Source: an uncultured Clostridia bacterium (lineage in GTDB: Bacteria; Bacillota; Clostridia; TANB77; CAG-465). From it: DNA of 64,000 nucleotides. Location of the stretch: NCBI GenBank assembly GCA_944386605.1, contig CALXBS010000001.1:29718-93717 (forward strand), given 5' to 3'. The notes under the pieces are model-generated. The model saw only the letters and a list, made by a program, of their open reading frames with translations, ran no database searches and had not been told where the DNA came from. Positions 18,101 to 27,638 of the stretch are shown here, piece by piece. The translations under genes and the position numbers were made by a program. Numbering within the stretch: the stretch's first letter is position 1; the number at the start of each line of letters is the position of its first letter.

Positions 18101-20236
18101 TATTATTACAAAGAGGTGAAAGCACCAAGTAATGTAATCATAGACTCTACAGAATATTCATTTATATTATCAGAAGATAACCAAGTAATTCAAAAAACAG
18201 TTGTTAACCGCTTGGTAGCTGGAAACTTAAAAGTGGTAAAAGTAGATGAAAAAAATGTACCAATAGCAGGTGTAACATTTAATATATTAGATGTGGATAA
18301 AAAAGTAATTGATACCATTGTTACAGACGAAAATGGTACTGCTATGTCAAAAGATTTAGCAATTGGAACTTATTATTACAAAGAAGTAAAAGTACCAGAT
18401 GGATATATCTTAGATACAACAGAATATAAATTTAAAATCACAGAGGTAAGCTCTTTGATTCAAAAGAAAGTAGTTAATAAAACAACAAAAGTAAGTATTA
18501 CTAAAACGGACATTACAGGAGATAAAGAATTACCAGGTGCAACATTACAAATACTAGATAAAAATGGAAATATAATAGAAGAATGGGTATCAGGAACAGA
18601 AGCACATGTGATAGAAGGAAAATTAATTGCAGGAGAAGAGTATACTTTAAGAGAAACAATTGCTCCAGATGGATATGCTTATGCAGAAGATATTGTATTT
18701 ACAGTAGACAAAACTGGAAATGTGACTCAGGTTGTAATGAAAGATGATGTTACTAAAGTAAGTATTACCAAAACAGATATTACAGGAGATGAAGAACTAC
18801 CAGGCGCAACATTGCAAATACTAGATAAGAATGGAAACGTAATAGAAGAATGGGTATCAGGAACAGAAGCACATGTGATAGAAGGAAAATTAATTGCAGG
18901 AGAAGAATATACATTAAGAGAAACAATTGCTCCAGATGGATATGCTTATGCAGAAGATATTGTATTTACAGTAGACAGAACTGGAAAAGTTACACAAGTT
19001 GTAATGAAAGACGATATTTTAAGAGGAGAAGTAGAAATTCCTGTTGTTAAAGTTTGGGAAGATTATGATAATCAGTATCAAACACGTCCTGAAAAAATAA
19101 CAGTACAAGTAAAAGTAGGCGATGAAGTAGTAGCAGAACATGATATCACAGAACAAGATGATTGGAAATATACTTTTACTAATTTACCAAAATATGATGA
19201 AAATGGTAAAGAAATTGTATATACAATTGATGAAAAAGATTTAGGTAATATTCAATATGAAAAATCAATACAAGGTAATACAATTACTAACAAGTTGCTA
19301 ATAGGTGCTTTAAAAATCATAAAAGTAGATGAGAATAATATTCCTCTTGCAGGAGTAGAATTTGAAATATTAGATAGTAACAAAAAGGTAGTAGATACGA
19401 TTGTTACAGATGAAGAAGGAATTGCAATTTCAAGAGAATTAGCAATTGGAAAAACATACTATTTTAAAGAGACTAAAGTACCAGAAGGAATTATCTTAGA
19501 TTCTACAGAACATAAATTTGTTTTAAACGAAGTAACAGATATAGTTGTTAAGAAAATTGTTAACTATTATCAAAAAGGAAATATTCAAATTGTTAAGGTG
19601 GATACAGAGGATCAACCAATTGAAGGTGTAGTGTTCCATATCTTAGATGAAAATGGTAAAGTGGTAGATAGCATTACTAGTGATGAAAATGGTATTGCTA
19701 CTTCTAAGAAATTACCATTAGGAACTTATTATTATCAAGAAATAAGTGCCCCTGAAAATTATGTAGTTGATACAACGATTCATAAATTTAAATTAACAGA
19801 AAATGAGCAAACTATTGTAAAAAAAGTAGTTAATATAGAAAAATATGGATCTTTACAAATATTAAAATTAGATAAAAAATCAAATGCGCCAATTGCAAAT
19901 GTACAATTTAACATTATGGATGTAAATGGTAATATTTTAGATACGGTTACAACCGATGAAAATGGTATTGCAGTTTCTAAAAATTTACCAATGGGAACAT
20001 ATTATTATCAGGAAATAAGTGCTCCAAATGGTTACATTATGGATAAAAATGTGTATGACTTTACATTAGAAACACATGAACAAATTGTAAATGTGACAGT
20101 ATATAATGAAAAAGAAGAACTTCCTGTAACTGGTGGTGTAATTAGTTTAGATTTTATGATTATTATTTGTGTATCTATCATTAGTATTTTAGGATATATG
20201 ATGAATGGTATTTTATCTGAAAGAAAGAAAAATTAA
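15146..20236 (+). CDS. LPXTG-anchored thioester-domain (TQXA) surface adhesin, 15 stalk domains (mosaic)
   Basis: The N-terminal ~500 aa from MSLQLTPF onward are identical to adhesin 1, with the same Cys/Gln thioester signature. There are 12 SpaA-like units, plus 2 x 89-aa units (KVSITKTDITGD.ELPGATLQILDKNG...EEYTLRETIAPDGYAYA) and one classical Cna-B unit (VVKVWEDYDNQYQTRPEKITVQV...WKYTFTNLPKYDENGKEIVYTIDE). LPVTG at 20120-20134, then TM helix and RKKN. Confidence 0.9.
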   Translation: MKGIKNIKVKIASIFMLIALMSLQLTPFTLLATATQLQFYSPGLITPATDVAYGKNVFFTNATLGGDTAYCVDYGRSLPTGTMTYYKQLSAQGVSILVYGYPNTSPAEMGCASADEAYMATQLAFWTVLQKTGESEGPRTFNLDNIYAKPGYEEFMQRAAAAARRLNARALADPYIPNPELNVDSSSAKLVNSNGEIITGPYVLNVTGGTVSSIKVSLSGAPTSARTTDGNGNSKSTFSNGEAVYVRFNQNETGSTMRLNVEADTNKVVGSIYTSGNSSVQNFVKLDTVPVELSTYVDIRWGTQTGAIEIYKVDQDDNEVEGVTFELRNEDGETLAEGTTGSNGYIKFSNVQPGRYELVEVDAPSEYEMREDPIEVTVEANQTIRKTIENKRKEVEGSLEIKKVDEEGKAIPNVTFEILDEDRNKIGEITTDENGRAKISNLEVGTYYYREIKAPVNVIVDKTVKEFKITKSNRNVVEEVVNEKVKGSLQIIKVDESNEPIAGVKFDILDSNKKVIETITTNASGVAVSKDLPIGTYYYKEVEAPSNVVMDTNEYEFKIESTGQIITKTVVNKVAKGKLEIHKVDNTNTPIAGVKFNILDSNKNVVDTIVTNASGVAVSKDLPIGTYYYKEVEAPSNVVMDTNEYEFKLTSNEQVLVKTVINDLQKGSIQIFKIDSERTPIPGVTFQILDSNKNVIDTIITDENGKASSKELEPGTYYYKEFKAPANVVLDDQEYEFRISGTTIVEKTVVNQIAKGKIKIVKVDNTSTPIAGVKFDILDSNKNVVDTIVTDENGIAISDNLKLGTYYYKEVEAPSDVIMDTNEYTFKLSYNTQVIEKRVINQKVKGAIEIYKYDENATPIAGVKFDILDSNKKVVDTIVTDENGKAVSSMLEVGTYYYKEVEAPSNVIMDSTEHAFIITETNVVVKKTVVNQLAKGNLKIIKVDENATPIAGVTFEILDSNKTVVDTIITDENGIATSKDLPLGTYYYKEVKAPSNVIIDSTEYSFILSEDNQVIQKTVVNRLVAGNLKVVKVDEKNVPIAGVTFNILDVDKKVIDTIVTDENGTAMSKDLAIGTYYYKEVKVPDGYILDTTEYKFKITEVSSLIQKKVVNKTTKVSITKTDITGDKELPGATLQILDKNGNIIEEWVSGTEAHVIEGKLIAGEEYTLRETIAPDGYAYAEDIVFTVDKTGNVTQVVMKDDVTKVSITKTDITGDEELPGATLQILDKNGNVIEEWVSGTEAHVIEGKLIAGEEYTLRETIAPDGYAYAEDIVFTVDRTGKVTQVVMKDDILRGEVEIPVVKVWEDYDNQYQTRPEKITVQVKVGDEVVAEHDITEQDDWKYTFTNLPKYDENGKEIVYTIDEKDLGNIQYEKSIQGNTITNKLLIGALKIIKVDENNIPLAGVEFEILDSNKKVVDTIVTDEEGIAISRELAIGKTYYFKETKVPEGIILDSTEHKFVLNEVTDIVVKKIVNYYQKGNIQIVKVDTEDQPIEGVVFHILDENGKVVDSITSDENGIATSKKLPLGTYYYQEISAPENYVVDTTIHKFKLTENEQTIVKKVVNIEKYGSLQILKLDKKSNAPIANVQFNIMDVNGNILDTVTTDENGIAVSKNLPMGTYYYQEISAPNGYIMDKNVYDFTLETHEQIVNVTVYNEKEELPVTGGVISLDFMIIICVSIISILGYMMNGILSERKKN
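15202..16653 (+). repeat. 1,452-bp direct repeat, copy B (identical to 9870-11321)
   Basis: See copy A. Confidence 0.85.
18488..19021 (+). repeat. in-frame tandem repeat, 2 x 267 bp, inside adhesin 2
   Basis: GTAAGTATTAC begins at 18491 and again at 18758 (period 267 bp = 89 aa). The two units differ at only a few positions. Confidence 0.85.
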
Positions 20237-20257
20237 AGTATGAATACTTAATAGAAA

Positions 20258-20295
20258 GGAAAGAATAGTAAAAAAAGCTATTCTTTCTTTTTTTG
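20258..20295 (+). terminator. intrinsic terminator after adhesin 2
   Basis: GGAAAGAATAGtaaaaaaagCTATTCTTTCT followed by TTTTTT. Confidence 0.8.
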
Positions 20296-20431
20296 TGGAA
20301 TTTAGTCGTATTTTGTTTTCTTTTTCCTATTTTTATGTAAAAAGATTTTATCAAAATAACATAATAATGTAATAAAATGAAAATATACAATTCTAAAAGT
20401 ATATCAATTTACATAATAATAAAAAATGTGG

Positions 20432-20460
20432 TTGTATTAGGAAAAATATGATGTTAGAAT
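20432..20460 (+). promoter_or_regulatory. candidate sigma-A promoter of adhesin 3
   Basis: TTGTAT (20432-20437), 17 nt spacer, TAGAAT (20455-20460). Confidence 0.4.
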
Positions 20461-20490
20461 TCAAGTATAATATTTGTATAGGAGGAACAA

Positions 20491-23400
20491 ATGAATAGGG
20501 AGCATAAAGGATTTTTTTCTAAGCTTTATAACCAAATTATTGGAATAAAGCATTTAAAACTAAAAATTGTCTCAATATTTCTAATTTTTATGTTGCTCAC
20601 ATTGCAATTATCCCCTTTTATGCTACAAGCTACTGCAACACAGTTGCAATATTACTCACCTGGTCTTGTGACACCTGCTACCGATGTATATTACCAAAAA
20701 AATGTATTTTTTAGTAATTCCACATTGGGAGGTGAAACTGCATATTGTGTAGACTATGGTAGATCTTTACCAAGTGGCACAATGACCTATTACAAGCAGT
20801 TATCCGCACAAGGTGTATCTATTCTTGTGTATGGTTATCCAAATACATCGCCTGCTGAAATGGGATGTGCTTCAGCAGATGAAGCATATATGGCAACACA
20901 ACTTGCCTTTTGGACAGTTTTACAAAAAACTGGTGAATCAGAAGGTCCAAGAGTATTTGATTTGGATAATATATATGCAAAACCAGGCTATGAGGAGTTT
21001 ATGCAAAGAGCAGCTGCAGCAGCAAGGAGGCTAAATGCAAGAGCAATTGCAGATCCATATATTCCAAGCCCTGAGTTAAATGTAGATACTACGCAAGCCA
21101 AGTTTGTTAATCAAAATGGTAATATTGTAACAGGTCCATACATTTTAAATGTAACTGGTGGTACAGTATCTTCCATTAAGGCTTCACTTTCTGGCGCTCC
21201 AAGTTCTGCTAAAATTATAGATGGAAATGGAAATGAAAAATCAACATTTTCAAATGGAGAAGCAGTATATGTTTCTATTAATGAAAATGAGCAAGGTTCA
21301 ACCATGACATTAAATGTTTTTGCAGATACAAATAAAGTGACAGGTAGCATTTATACATCAGGAAATGATAGTGTTCAAAACTTTGTAAAATTAGATACCA
21401 TTCCAGTGGAATTATCTACTTATGTGGATATTAAGTGGGGAACACAAACAGGAGCGGTCGAAGTTTACAAAGTGGATCAAAATGAAGATCCAGTTGCAGG
21501 CGCAACTTTTGAATTAAGAAATGGAAATGGAGAAACATTAGCAGAAGGAACAACAGGTAGTAACGGATATATTAAGTTTTCAAATGTAACAGTAGGACAA
21601 TATGAATTGGTTGAAACAGAAGTACCTTCTGGATATATTGGTTCAGATGAGTCTATTATTTTTAATGTAACTGCAGGTAACACTTATTCTGTTACAGTAG
21701 AAAATGAGAAAATATCTGGGTCTTTACAAATAAAAAAGAAGGATACAGATAATAATCCAATACCAAATGTTACTTTTGAAATATTAGATGAGGATAGAGA
21801 CAAAATTACAGAAGTAACCACCAATGAAGAAGGAATAGCAAGAGTCAATAACTTAGCAAATGGTACCTATTATTTTAGAGAAATAAAAGTACCTGTTAAT
21901 GTTATTATGGATTCTTCTTTACATGAGTTTAATATTACTAGAGCAGATCAAGTGGTTACAAGAGAAATTACAAATGAGCTAATTACAGGTGGAATAAAGA
22001 TTGTAAAAACAGATGAAAATAAGCTTCCTATAGAAGGTGTAAAATTTCAATTACTAAATTCTGCTAAACAAGTTGTTACGACTGCGACAACAAATTCAAG
22101 TGGTATTGCAGTGTTTAATAATCTTTCTGTTGGAACCTATTATTATCAAGAAATAGAAGTACCAGAAGGATATGTTATAGATAATACAGAACATGTATTT
22201 TCTATTACCAATACACAACAATTACTAACAGAAAATGTTGTTAATCAAGTCATGAAAGCAAAATTAAGAATTGTTAAGAAAACAAATGATGATACTCCTA
22301 TTGCAAATGTAAAATTTGAAATCTTAAATGAAGATAAACAGGTATTAGAAACGATTACTACAAATGAATCAGGAATTGCAGAAACTTCTAGCTTACCAGT
22401 TGGAACGTATTACTACAAAGAAGTGGAAGCTCCAAATTATGTTATTATGGATACGAACGAATATAAATTTAAGCTTTCAAATAATGATCAAATAATAGAA
22501 AAAATAATTGTTAATGAATTAGCTAAGGCAAAATTAAAAATCATCAAAAAATCCAATGAAAACACGCCAATTGGTGGAGTAAAATTTGAGATTTTAGATC
22601 AGAATAAACAGGTACTGGAAACCATTACTACAAATGAAGAAGGAATAGCAGAAACTTCTAATTTATCAGTCGGCACTTATTATTATAAAGAGGTGGAAGC
22701 ACCTGGATATGTAGTAATGGATAGTGAAGAACATGAAGTGAGACTTTCTAGTAATAATCAGATAGTAGAAAGAACTGTTATTAATGAGTTAATAAAAGCA
22801 AAATTAAAAATTACGAAGAAAAATAATTTAGGTGAAGTAATTTCAGGAGTTAAGTTTGAAATTTTAGATGAAAATAAAAATGTGGTTGAAACGATTACCA
22901 CAAATGAATCAGGAATAGCAGAAACTTCTAGTTTACCAGTTGGTAAGTATTATTACAAAGAAGTAGCAGCTCCTGACAATGTTATCATGGATACAAATGA
23001 GTATGTATTTCAACTTTCAACTAATAACCAGGTATTAGAAAAAACGGTTATTAATAATTTGGTAAAAGAACGATTAAAAATTATCAAAGTAGATGAAAAT
23101 AATAAACCAATTGCTAATGCCAAATTTCAAATTTTAAATTCCGATAAATCGGTTATAGAAGAAATCGTTACAAATCAAGAAGGAATTGCTTTATCTAGTG
23201 AATTAAGTGCAGGTGTTACTTATTATTATAAAGAGATAGAAGTGCCATATGGTTATACATTAGATAGCACTGAAAAAGCTTTTAGAGTAACAGAAAATTC
23301 TGGAGTGATTGTTAAAAGAGCGGTTAATAATATTCAAACAGGGGAATTAGAAATTATAAAGAAGGATAATAATCAAAATCCAATAGAAGGTGTAGAATTC

Positions 23401-26400
23401 CAGATTTTAGATGCTAATAAAAATGTAATAGAAACCATTACGACAAATAGCGAAGGAATAGCTACTTCACAAGAGTTAATGCTTGGAACATATTATTATC
23501 AAGAAATAAGCGCCCCTAATGATTTGAAAATAGATGAAACACTTTATGCTTTCAGCATTTCAGAAGATAATCAAGTTGTTACAAGAACGGTAATTAATGA
23601 GTTAATTACAGGAAAATTAGAAATTGTAAAAGTAGATGAAAATAAATTACCAATTGCAAATGTCACTTTTGCAATTAAAGATGAGAATAAAACAACAATT
23701 CAGACTATAACAACAGATGAAAACGGAATTGCTTTATCGGATCCTCTATCAAAAGGAAAATATTATTATCAAGAAATAGAAACGGCAGATGGTTATGTTT
23801 TAGATGATAAAGAGTATGTATTTGTTATTGACGGTGAAAATGAAATCATTCAAAAAAAGGTGATTAATCAATTTGTACGTGGAAATCTTAGAATTGAAAA
23901 ATTAGATACTGCAGGTAAGCCACTATCTGGTGTTCAATTTGAAATTTTAAATGAAAACAAAGAAGTGGTAGAAACACTAACAACTAATAGTGAGGGAATT
24001 GCAATTAGTAATCCTTTATTAAAAGGAAAATACTATTACAGAGAATCAAAAGTACCAGATGGACTACAAATAGATACAACAGAGCATATATTTGTAATTT
24101 CTGAAAATGACCAAATCATTCAAAAAAGAGTGATTAATGAATATTTAGAAAAAGGAACATTAGAAATCTATAAAGTAGATGAAAATAGTATTCCAATTGA
24201 AAATGTTACTTTCCAAATTTTAGATGGTCAAAAAAATATAGTAGAAGAAATTACAACGAACGCAGAAGGAAAAGCAACATCTAGTGATCTTAAGATAGGC
24301 ACTTATTATTATAAGGAAATATCGGCACCAGATGAGTATGTAATGGATACAACAGAACATAAATTTGTATTATCGGAAGATAATCAAGTAGTTTATAAAA
24401 CAGTTATTAATACCCATGAAAAAGGAAGCTTAAAGATCATTAAAGTAGATGAAAATGATGTGCCTTTACAAGGAATTGTATTCCATATCTTAAATAGTAA
24501 TCAAGAGGTAATTCAAACGATTACAACAAATGAAGCTGGTATAGCCGTATCTAATGAATTACAAAAAGGAAATTATTATTATCAAGAAGTAGAAGTTCCA
24601 GAAAATATTTTAATTGATCGAACTATTTATCCTTTTGAAGTATCTGAAAATAACCAAATTGTGATTAAAAATATGGTAAATGAGTATCTTAAGGGGAATT
24701 TAAAAATCATCAAAACTGATGAGAATAACAAGCCTCTTGCAGGAGTAAAATTCCATATTTTAGATAGTAACAAAACAGTAATTGATACGATTATTACAAA
24801 TGAGGAAGGTATTGCAACTAAAGATAGTCTTTTAATTGGAACCTATTATTATCAGGAAATAGAAGCTCCAGAGCACGTGATCATAGATTCGAATCAGTAT
24901 GAATTTAGTATTACAGCTCAAAATCTAGTGGTAGAAAAAAGTATAGTAAATAAATATGAAAAATCAAGTTTAAAAATTATTAAGGTAGACGAGGAAAATC
25001 ATCCAATTGCAAATGTAACCTTTGCAATATTAGATGAAAATAAACAAAAGATAAATGAAATTGTTACAAATGAAGAAGGAATTGCCATTTTAGAAAATAT
25101 GTCACTTGGAACCTATTATTATCAAGAGTTAAGTGTTCCAAATGAATATGTAAAAGATGAGACAATTTATGAATTTAGAATATCAGAGTATGGTCAAACA
25201 ATTACTAAAACAGTGGTAAATAAACTTGCAACAGGAAGATTAAGAATTCAAAAAGTAGATGAAAACAATATCCCACTTGCAGGTGTTAAGTTTGATATAT
25301 TGGATCATAAACAAAATTATGTAGAGACCATAGTAACTGATGAAAACGGAATTGCTTTGTCAGACTTTTTAGAATTAGGAAAATATTATTATCAAGAAAC
25401 AGAAGCTCCCGAACATGTAATTATTGATGATAAAATTTATGAATTTTCAATTACTCAAAATAATGAAATTGTCATTAAAAATATGACAAACTTTTACAAA
25501 AAGTCAAGTTTAAAAATAATAAAAGTGGACGAAAACAATCATCCAATTGCAAATGTAACCTTTGCAATATTAGATGAAAATAAACAAAAGATAAATGAAA
25601 TTATAACAAATGAAGAAGGAATTGCTATATTAGAAAATATGTCACTTGGAACTTACTATTATCAGGAATTAAGTGTTCCAAATGGATATGTAAAAGATGA
25701 TACAATTTATGAATTTAGAATATCAGAATATGAGCAAATGATTACTAAAACAGTGGTAAATCAATTCGCAAGAGGAAGTTTAAAAGTTATCAAGGTAGAT
25801 GAGAATAGTGTACCACTTGCTGGAATCAAATTTAACATATTAGATAGCAATCAAAAATATATTCAAACAATTGTAACGGACGAAAATGGAATTGCACAGA
25901 CTTCTAATTTAACACTAGGAACTTATTATTATCAAGAAGTAGAAGCACCTGAATACGTCATTATGGATAATACAATTTATGAATTTACCATTAGTGAAAA
26001 TAATGAGGTAGTCATTAAAAATATTGTAAATCATTATGAGAAATCTACCTTTACCATTATCAAAGTAGATGAAAATGAAATACCTTTACAAGGAATTACA
26101 TTTGATATATTAGATAATAATAAGAATGTAATTGATACAATAGTAACTGATGAAAATGGCGTTGCTAAATCAAAAGAACTTTCATTAGGCACATATTATT
26201 ATCAAGAAACTAAAGTGCCAGATGGTCTTGTATTAGATAATCATCTTTATGAATTTGAAGTAACAGGCTATGGTCAGAATGTTATTAAAAATATGGTCAA
26301 TTACTATGTTAGAGGAAAGTTTCAAATTATTAAAAGAGGATTGGACGGAAAAGTTTTAGCGGGTGCAAGATTTAATATTTTAGATGAAAATCAAAATATC

Positions 26401-27585
26401 ATTGATACAATTCAAACAGGTGAAAATGGAATCGCCATTTCAGATGATTTGATTTATGGAAAATATTATTATCAAGAAATAGAAGCACCAGTTGATTACG
26501 AGTTAGATGATACGTTATATTCATTTGAAATTACACGAAATGATGAGATCATTATAAGAGAAATAGAAAATGAATATATTTATGGGAAATTAAAAATTAC
26601 TAAATTGGATAAAGAATCTTCAAAACCAATAGAAGGAGTAAAATTTAATATATTGGATCAAGATAAAAATATCATCACAACGATTACAACTGATCAAGAG
26701 GGAATAGCAGTAATGGAAAGATTGGTAAAAGGAACATACTTTTATCAGGAAATAGAAGCCCCAGAAGGTTATGTAATCGATGAAAAAGTATACCAATTTA
26801 GAATTAGTGAAAACAATCAGTTAATTAATAAAGTGATTACAAATGAAAAAATATTGGGTGGACTAAAGATAACAAAATTAGATAAAAAATCAGAAGCACC
26901 AATTCAAGGTGTAAAATACCAGATTTTAGATCAAAATAAAAATGTGATAACAACTATCACAACAGATGAAAATGGTATAGCAACAATTGATGGCTTAGAA
27001 AAAGGAAAGTATTATTATCAAGAAATAGAGGCACCTGAAGGATATATCATAGACGATAAGATTTATCAGTTTAATATTTCAAAAAATGAGCAAATTATTA
27101 ATAAGATAATGATCAATGAGCAGGTTTATGGTGCATTAAAAATTATTAAAACAGATAAGGATACAAGAGAAACAATAGAAGGTGTTGAATTTAAAATATT
27201 AAATAGTAATAGAGAAGAAGTGGGAACTTATGTAACAGACCAAGAGGGAATTATAGAAGTTGAAAACTTACCATATGGAACCTATTATTATAAAGAAATG
27301 AAAACGCCAGAAAATTATTATGTAGATAATGAGGAATATAGTTTTGATATAGAAAAAGATGAGCAAGTTATTGTTAAAAAGATAACAAATGAAAGAGAAA
27401 AACTACCGGTAACAGGTGGTATCATTAGTACTAATATTTTAATTATTGTAGCGGTAAGTATTGTTTCAATAATTGGATATGTTCTATTTAATGTACTAAG
27501 AGACAAAAAAACGGCAGATCCTTTTAAATTTAAAAGTGACGATTTTGTAGATGATGAATCTAATGATAAAAATAAGGATAGGTAA
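20491..27585 (+). CDS. LPXTG-anchored thioester-domain (TQXA) surface adhesin, 22 stalk domains
   Basis: 2364 aa. N-terminal domain is highly similar, but not identical, to adhesins 1 and 2 (AYCVDYGRSLPSG, ATQLAFWTV). 22 SpaA-like units counted by the G.YYY[KQR]E motif. LPVTG at 27403-27417, TM helix, then an unusually long charged tail (RDKKTADPFKFKSDDFVDDESNDKNKDR). Confidence 0.9.
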   Translation: MNREHKGFFSKLYNQIIGIKHLKLKIVSIFLIFMLLTLQLSPFMLQATATQLQYYSPGLVTPATDVYYQKNVFFSNSTLGGETAYCVDYGRSLPSGTMTYYKQLSAQGVSILVYGYPNTSPAEMGCASADEAYMATQLAFWTVLQKTGESEGPRVFDLDNIYAKPGYEEFMQRAAAAARRLNARAIADPYIPSPELNVDTTQAKFVNQNGNIVTGPYILNVTGGTVSSIKASLSGAPSSAKIIDGNGNEKSTFSNGEAVYVSINENEQGSTMTLNVFADTNKVTGSIYTSGNDSVQNFVKLDTIPVELSTYVDIKWGTQTGAVEVYKVDQNEDPVAGATFELRNGNGETLAEGTTGSNGYIKFSNVTVGQYELVETEVPSGYIGSDESIIFNVTAGNTYSVTVENEKISGSLQIKKKDTDNNPIPNVTFEILDEDRDKITEVTTNEEGIARVNNLANGTYYFREIKVPVNVIMDSSLHEFNITRADQVVTREITNELITGGIKIVKTDENKLPIEGVKFQLLNSAKQVVTTATTNSSGIAVFNNLSVGTYYYQEIEVPEGYVIDNTEHVFSITNTQQLLTENVVNQVMKAKLRIVKKTNDDTPIANVKFEILNEDKQVLETITTNESGIAETSSLPVGTYYYKEVEAPNYVIMDTNEYKFKLSNNDQIIEKIIVNELAKAKLKIIKKSNENTPIGGVKFEILDQNKQVLETITTNEEGIAETSNLSVGTYYYKEVEAPGYVVMDSEEHEVRLSSNNQIVERTVINELIKAKLKITKKNNLGEVISGVKFEILDENKNVVETITTNESGIAETSSLPVGKYYYKEVAAPDNVIMDTNEYVFQLSTNNQVLEKTVINNLVKERLKIIKVDENNKPIANAKFQILNSDKSVIEEIVTNQEGIALSSELSAGVTYYYKEIEVPYGYTLDSTEKAFRVTENSGVIVKRAVNNIQTGELEIIKKDNNQNPIEGVEFQILDANKNVIETITTNSEGIATSQELMLGTYYYQEISAPNDLKIDETLYAFSISEDNQVVTRTVINELITGKLEIVKVDENKLPIANVTFAIKDENKTTIQTITTDENGIALSDPLSKGKYYYQEIETADGYVLDDKEYVFVIDGENEIIQKKVINQFVRGNLRIEKLDTAGKPLSGVQFEILNENKEVVETLTTNSEGIAISNPLLKGKYYYRESKVPDGLQIDTTEHIFVISENDQIIQKRVINEYLEKGTLEIYKVDENSIPIENVTFQILDGQKNIVEEITTNAEGKATSSDLKIGTYYYKEISAPDEYVMDTTEHKFVLSEDNQVVYKTVINTHEKGSLKIIKVDENDVPLQGIVFHILNSNQEVIQTITTNEAGIAVSNELQKGNYYYQEVEVPENILIDRTIYPFEVSENNQIVIKNMVNEYLKGNLKIIKTDENNKPLAGVKFHILDSNKTVIDTIITNEEGIATKDSLLIGTYYYQEIEAPEHVIIDSNQYEFSITAQNLVVEKSIVNKYEKSSLKIIKVDEENHPIANVTFAILDENKQKINEIVTNEEGIAILENMSLGTYYYQELSVPNEYVKDETIYEFRISEYGQTITKTVVNKLATGRLRIQKVDENNIPLAGVKFDILDHKQNYVETIVTDENGIALSDFLELGKYYYQETEAPEHVIIDDKIYEFSITQNNEIVIKNMTNFYKKSSLKIIKVDENNHPIANVTFAILDENKQKINEIITNEEGIAILENMSLGTYYYQELSVPNGYVKDDTIYEFRISEYEQMITKTVVNQFARGSLKVIKVDENSVPLAGIKFNILDSNQKYIQTIVTDENGIAQTSNLTLGTYYYQEVEAPEYVIMDNTIYEFTISENNEVVIKNIVNHYEKSTFTIIKVDENEIPLQGITFDILDNNKNVIDTIVTDENGVAKSKELSLGTYYYQETKVPDGLVLDNHLYEFEVTGYGQNVIKNMVNYYVRGKFQIIKRGLDGKVLAGARFNILDENQNIIDTIQTGENGIAISDDLIYGKYYYQEIEAPVDYELDDTLYSFEITRNDEIIIREIENEYIYGKLKITKLDKESSKPIEGVKFNILDQDKNIITTITTDQEGIAVMERLVKGTYFYQEIEAPEGYVIDEKVYQFRISENNQLINKVITNEKILGGLKITKLDKKSEAPIQGVKYQILDQNKNVITTITTDENGIATIDGLEKGKYYYQEIEAPEGYIIDDKIYQFNISKNEQIINKIMINEQVYGALKIIKTDKDTRETIEGVEFKILNSNREEVGTYVTDQEGIIEVENLPYGTYYYKEMKTPENYYVDNEEYSFDIEKDEQVIVKKITNEREKLPVTGGIISTNILIIVAVSIVSIIGYVLFNVLRDKKTADPFKFKSDDFVDDESNDKNKDR
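24961..25770 (+). repeat. two-domain (540-bp period) internal duplication in adhesin 3
   Basis: 24961-25230 and 25501-25770 are near-identical (KSSLKIIKVDE.NHPIANVTFAILDENKQKINEI.TNEEGIAILENMSLGTYYYQELSVPN.YVKD.TIYEFRISEY). The intervening and following domains are also each other's closest relatives. Confidence 0.8.
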
Positions 27586-27603
27586 AATTTTACCTATCTT
27601 TTT
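27577..27603 (+). terminator. intrinsic terminator after adhesin 3
   Basis: GATAGGTAAAattTTTACCTATC followed by TTTTT; overlaps the stop codon. Confidence 0.8.
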
Positions 27604-27638
27604 CTTGACATAAATGTTATAATAAAGTAGGGAGTATT

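Noticed and set aside
20181-20390. 69-aa minus-strand ORF after adhesin 2
   Set aside because: It covers the adhesin-2 terminator and AT-rich spacer. The translation is low-complexity, and there is no RBS.
9796-27585. Diversity-generating retroelement or other targeted hypervariation acting on the adhesins
   Set aside because: There is no reverse transcriptase and no template/variable repeat pair with adenine-specific differences. The differences between paralogues are ordinary substitutions and domain gain or loss.
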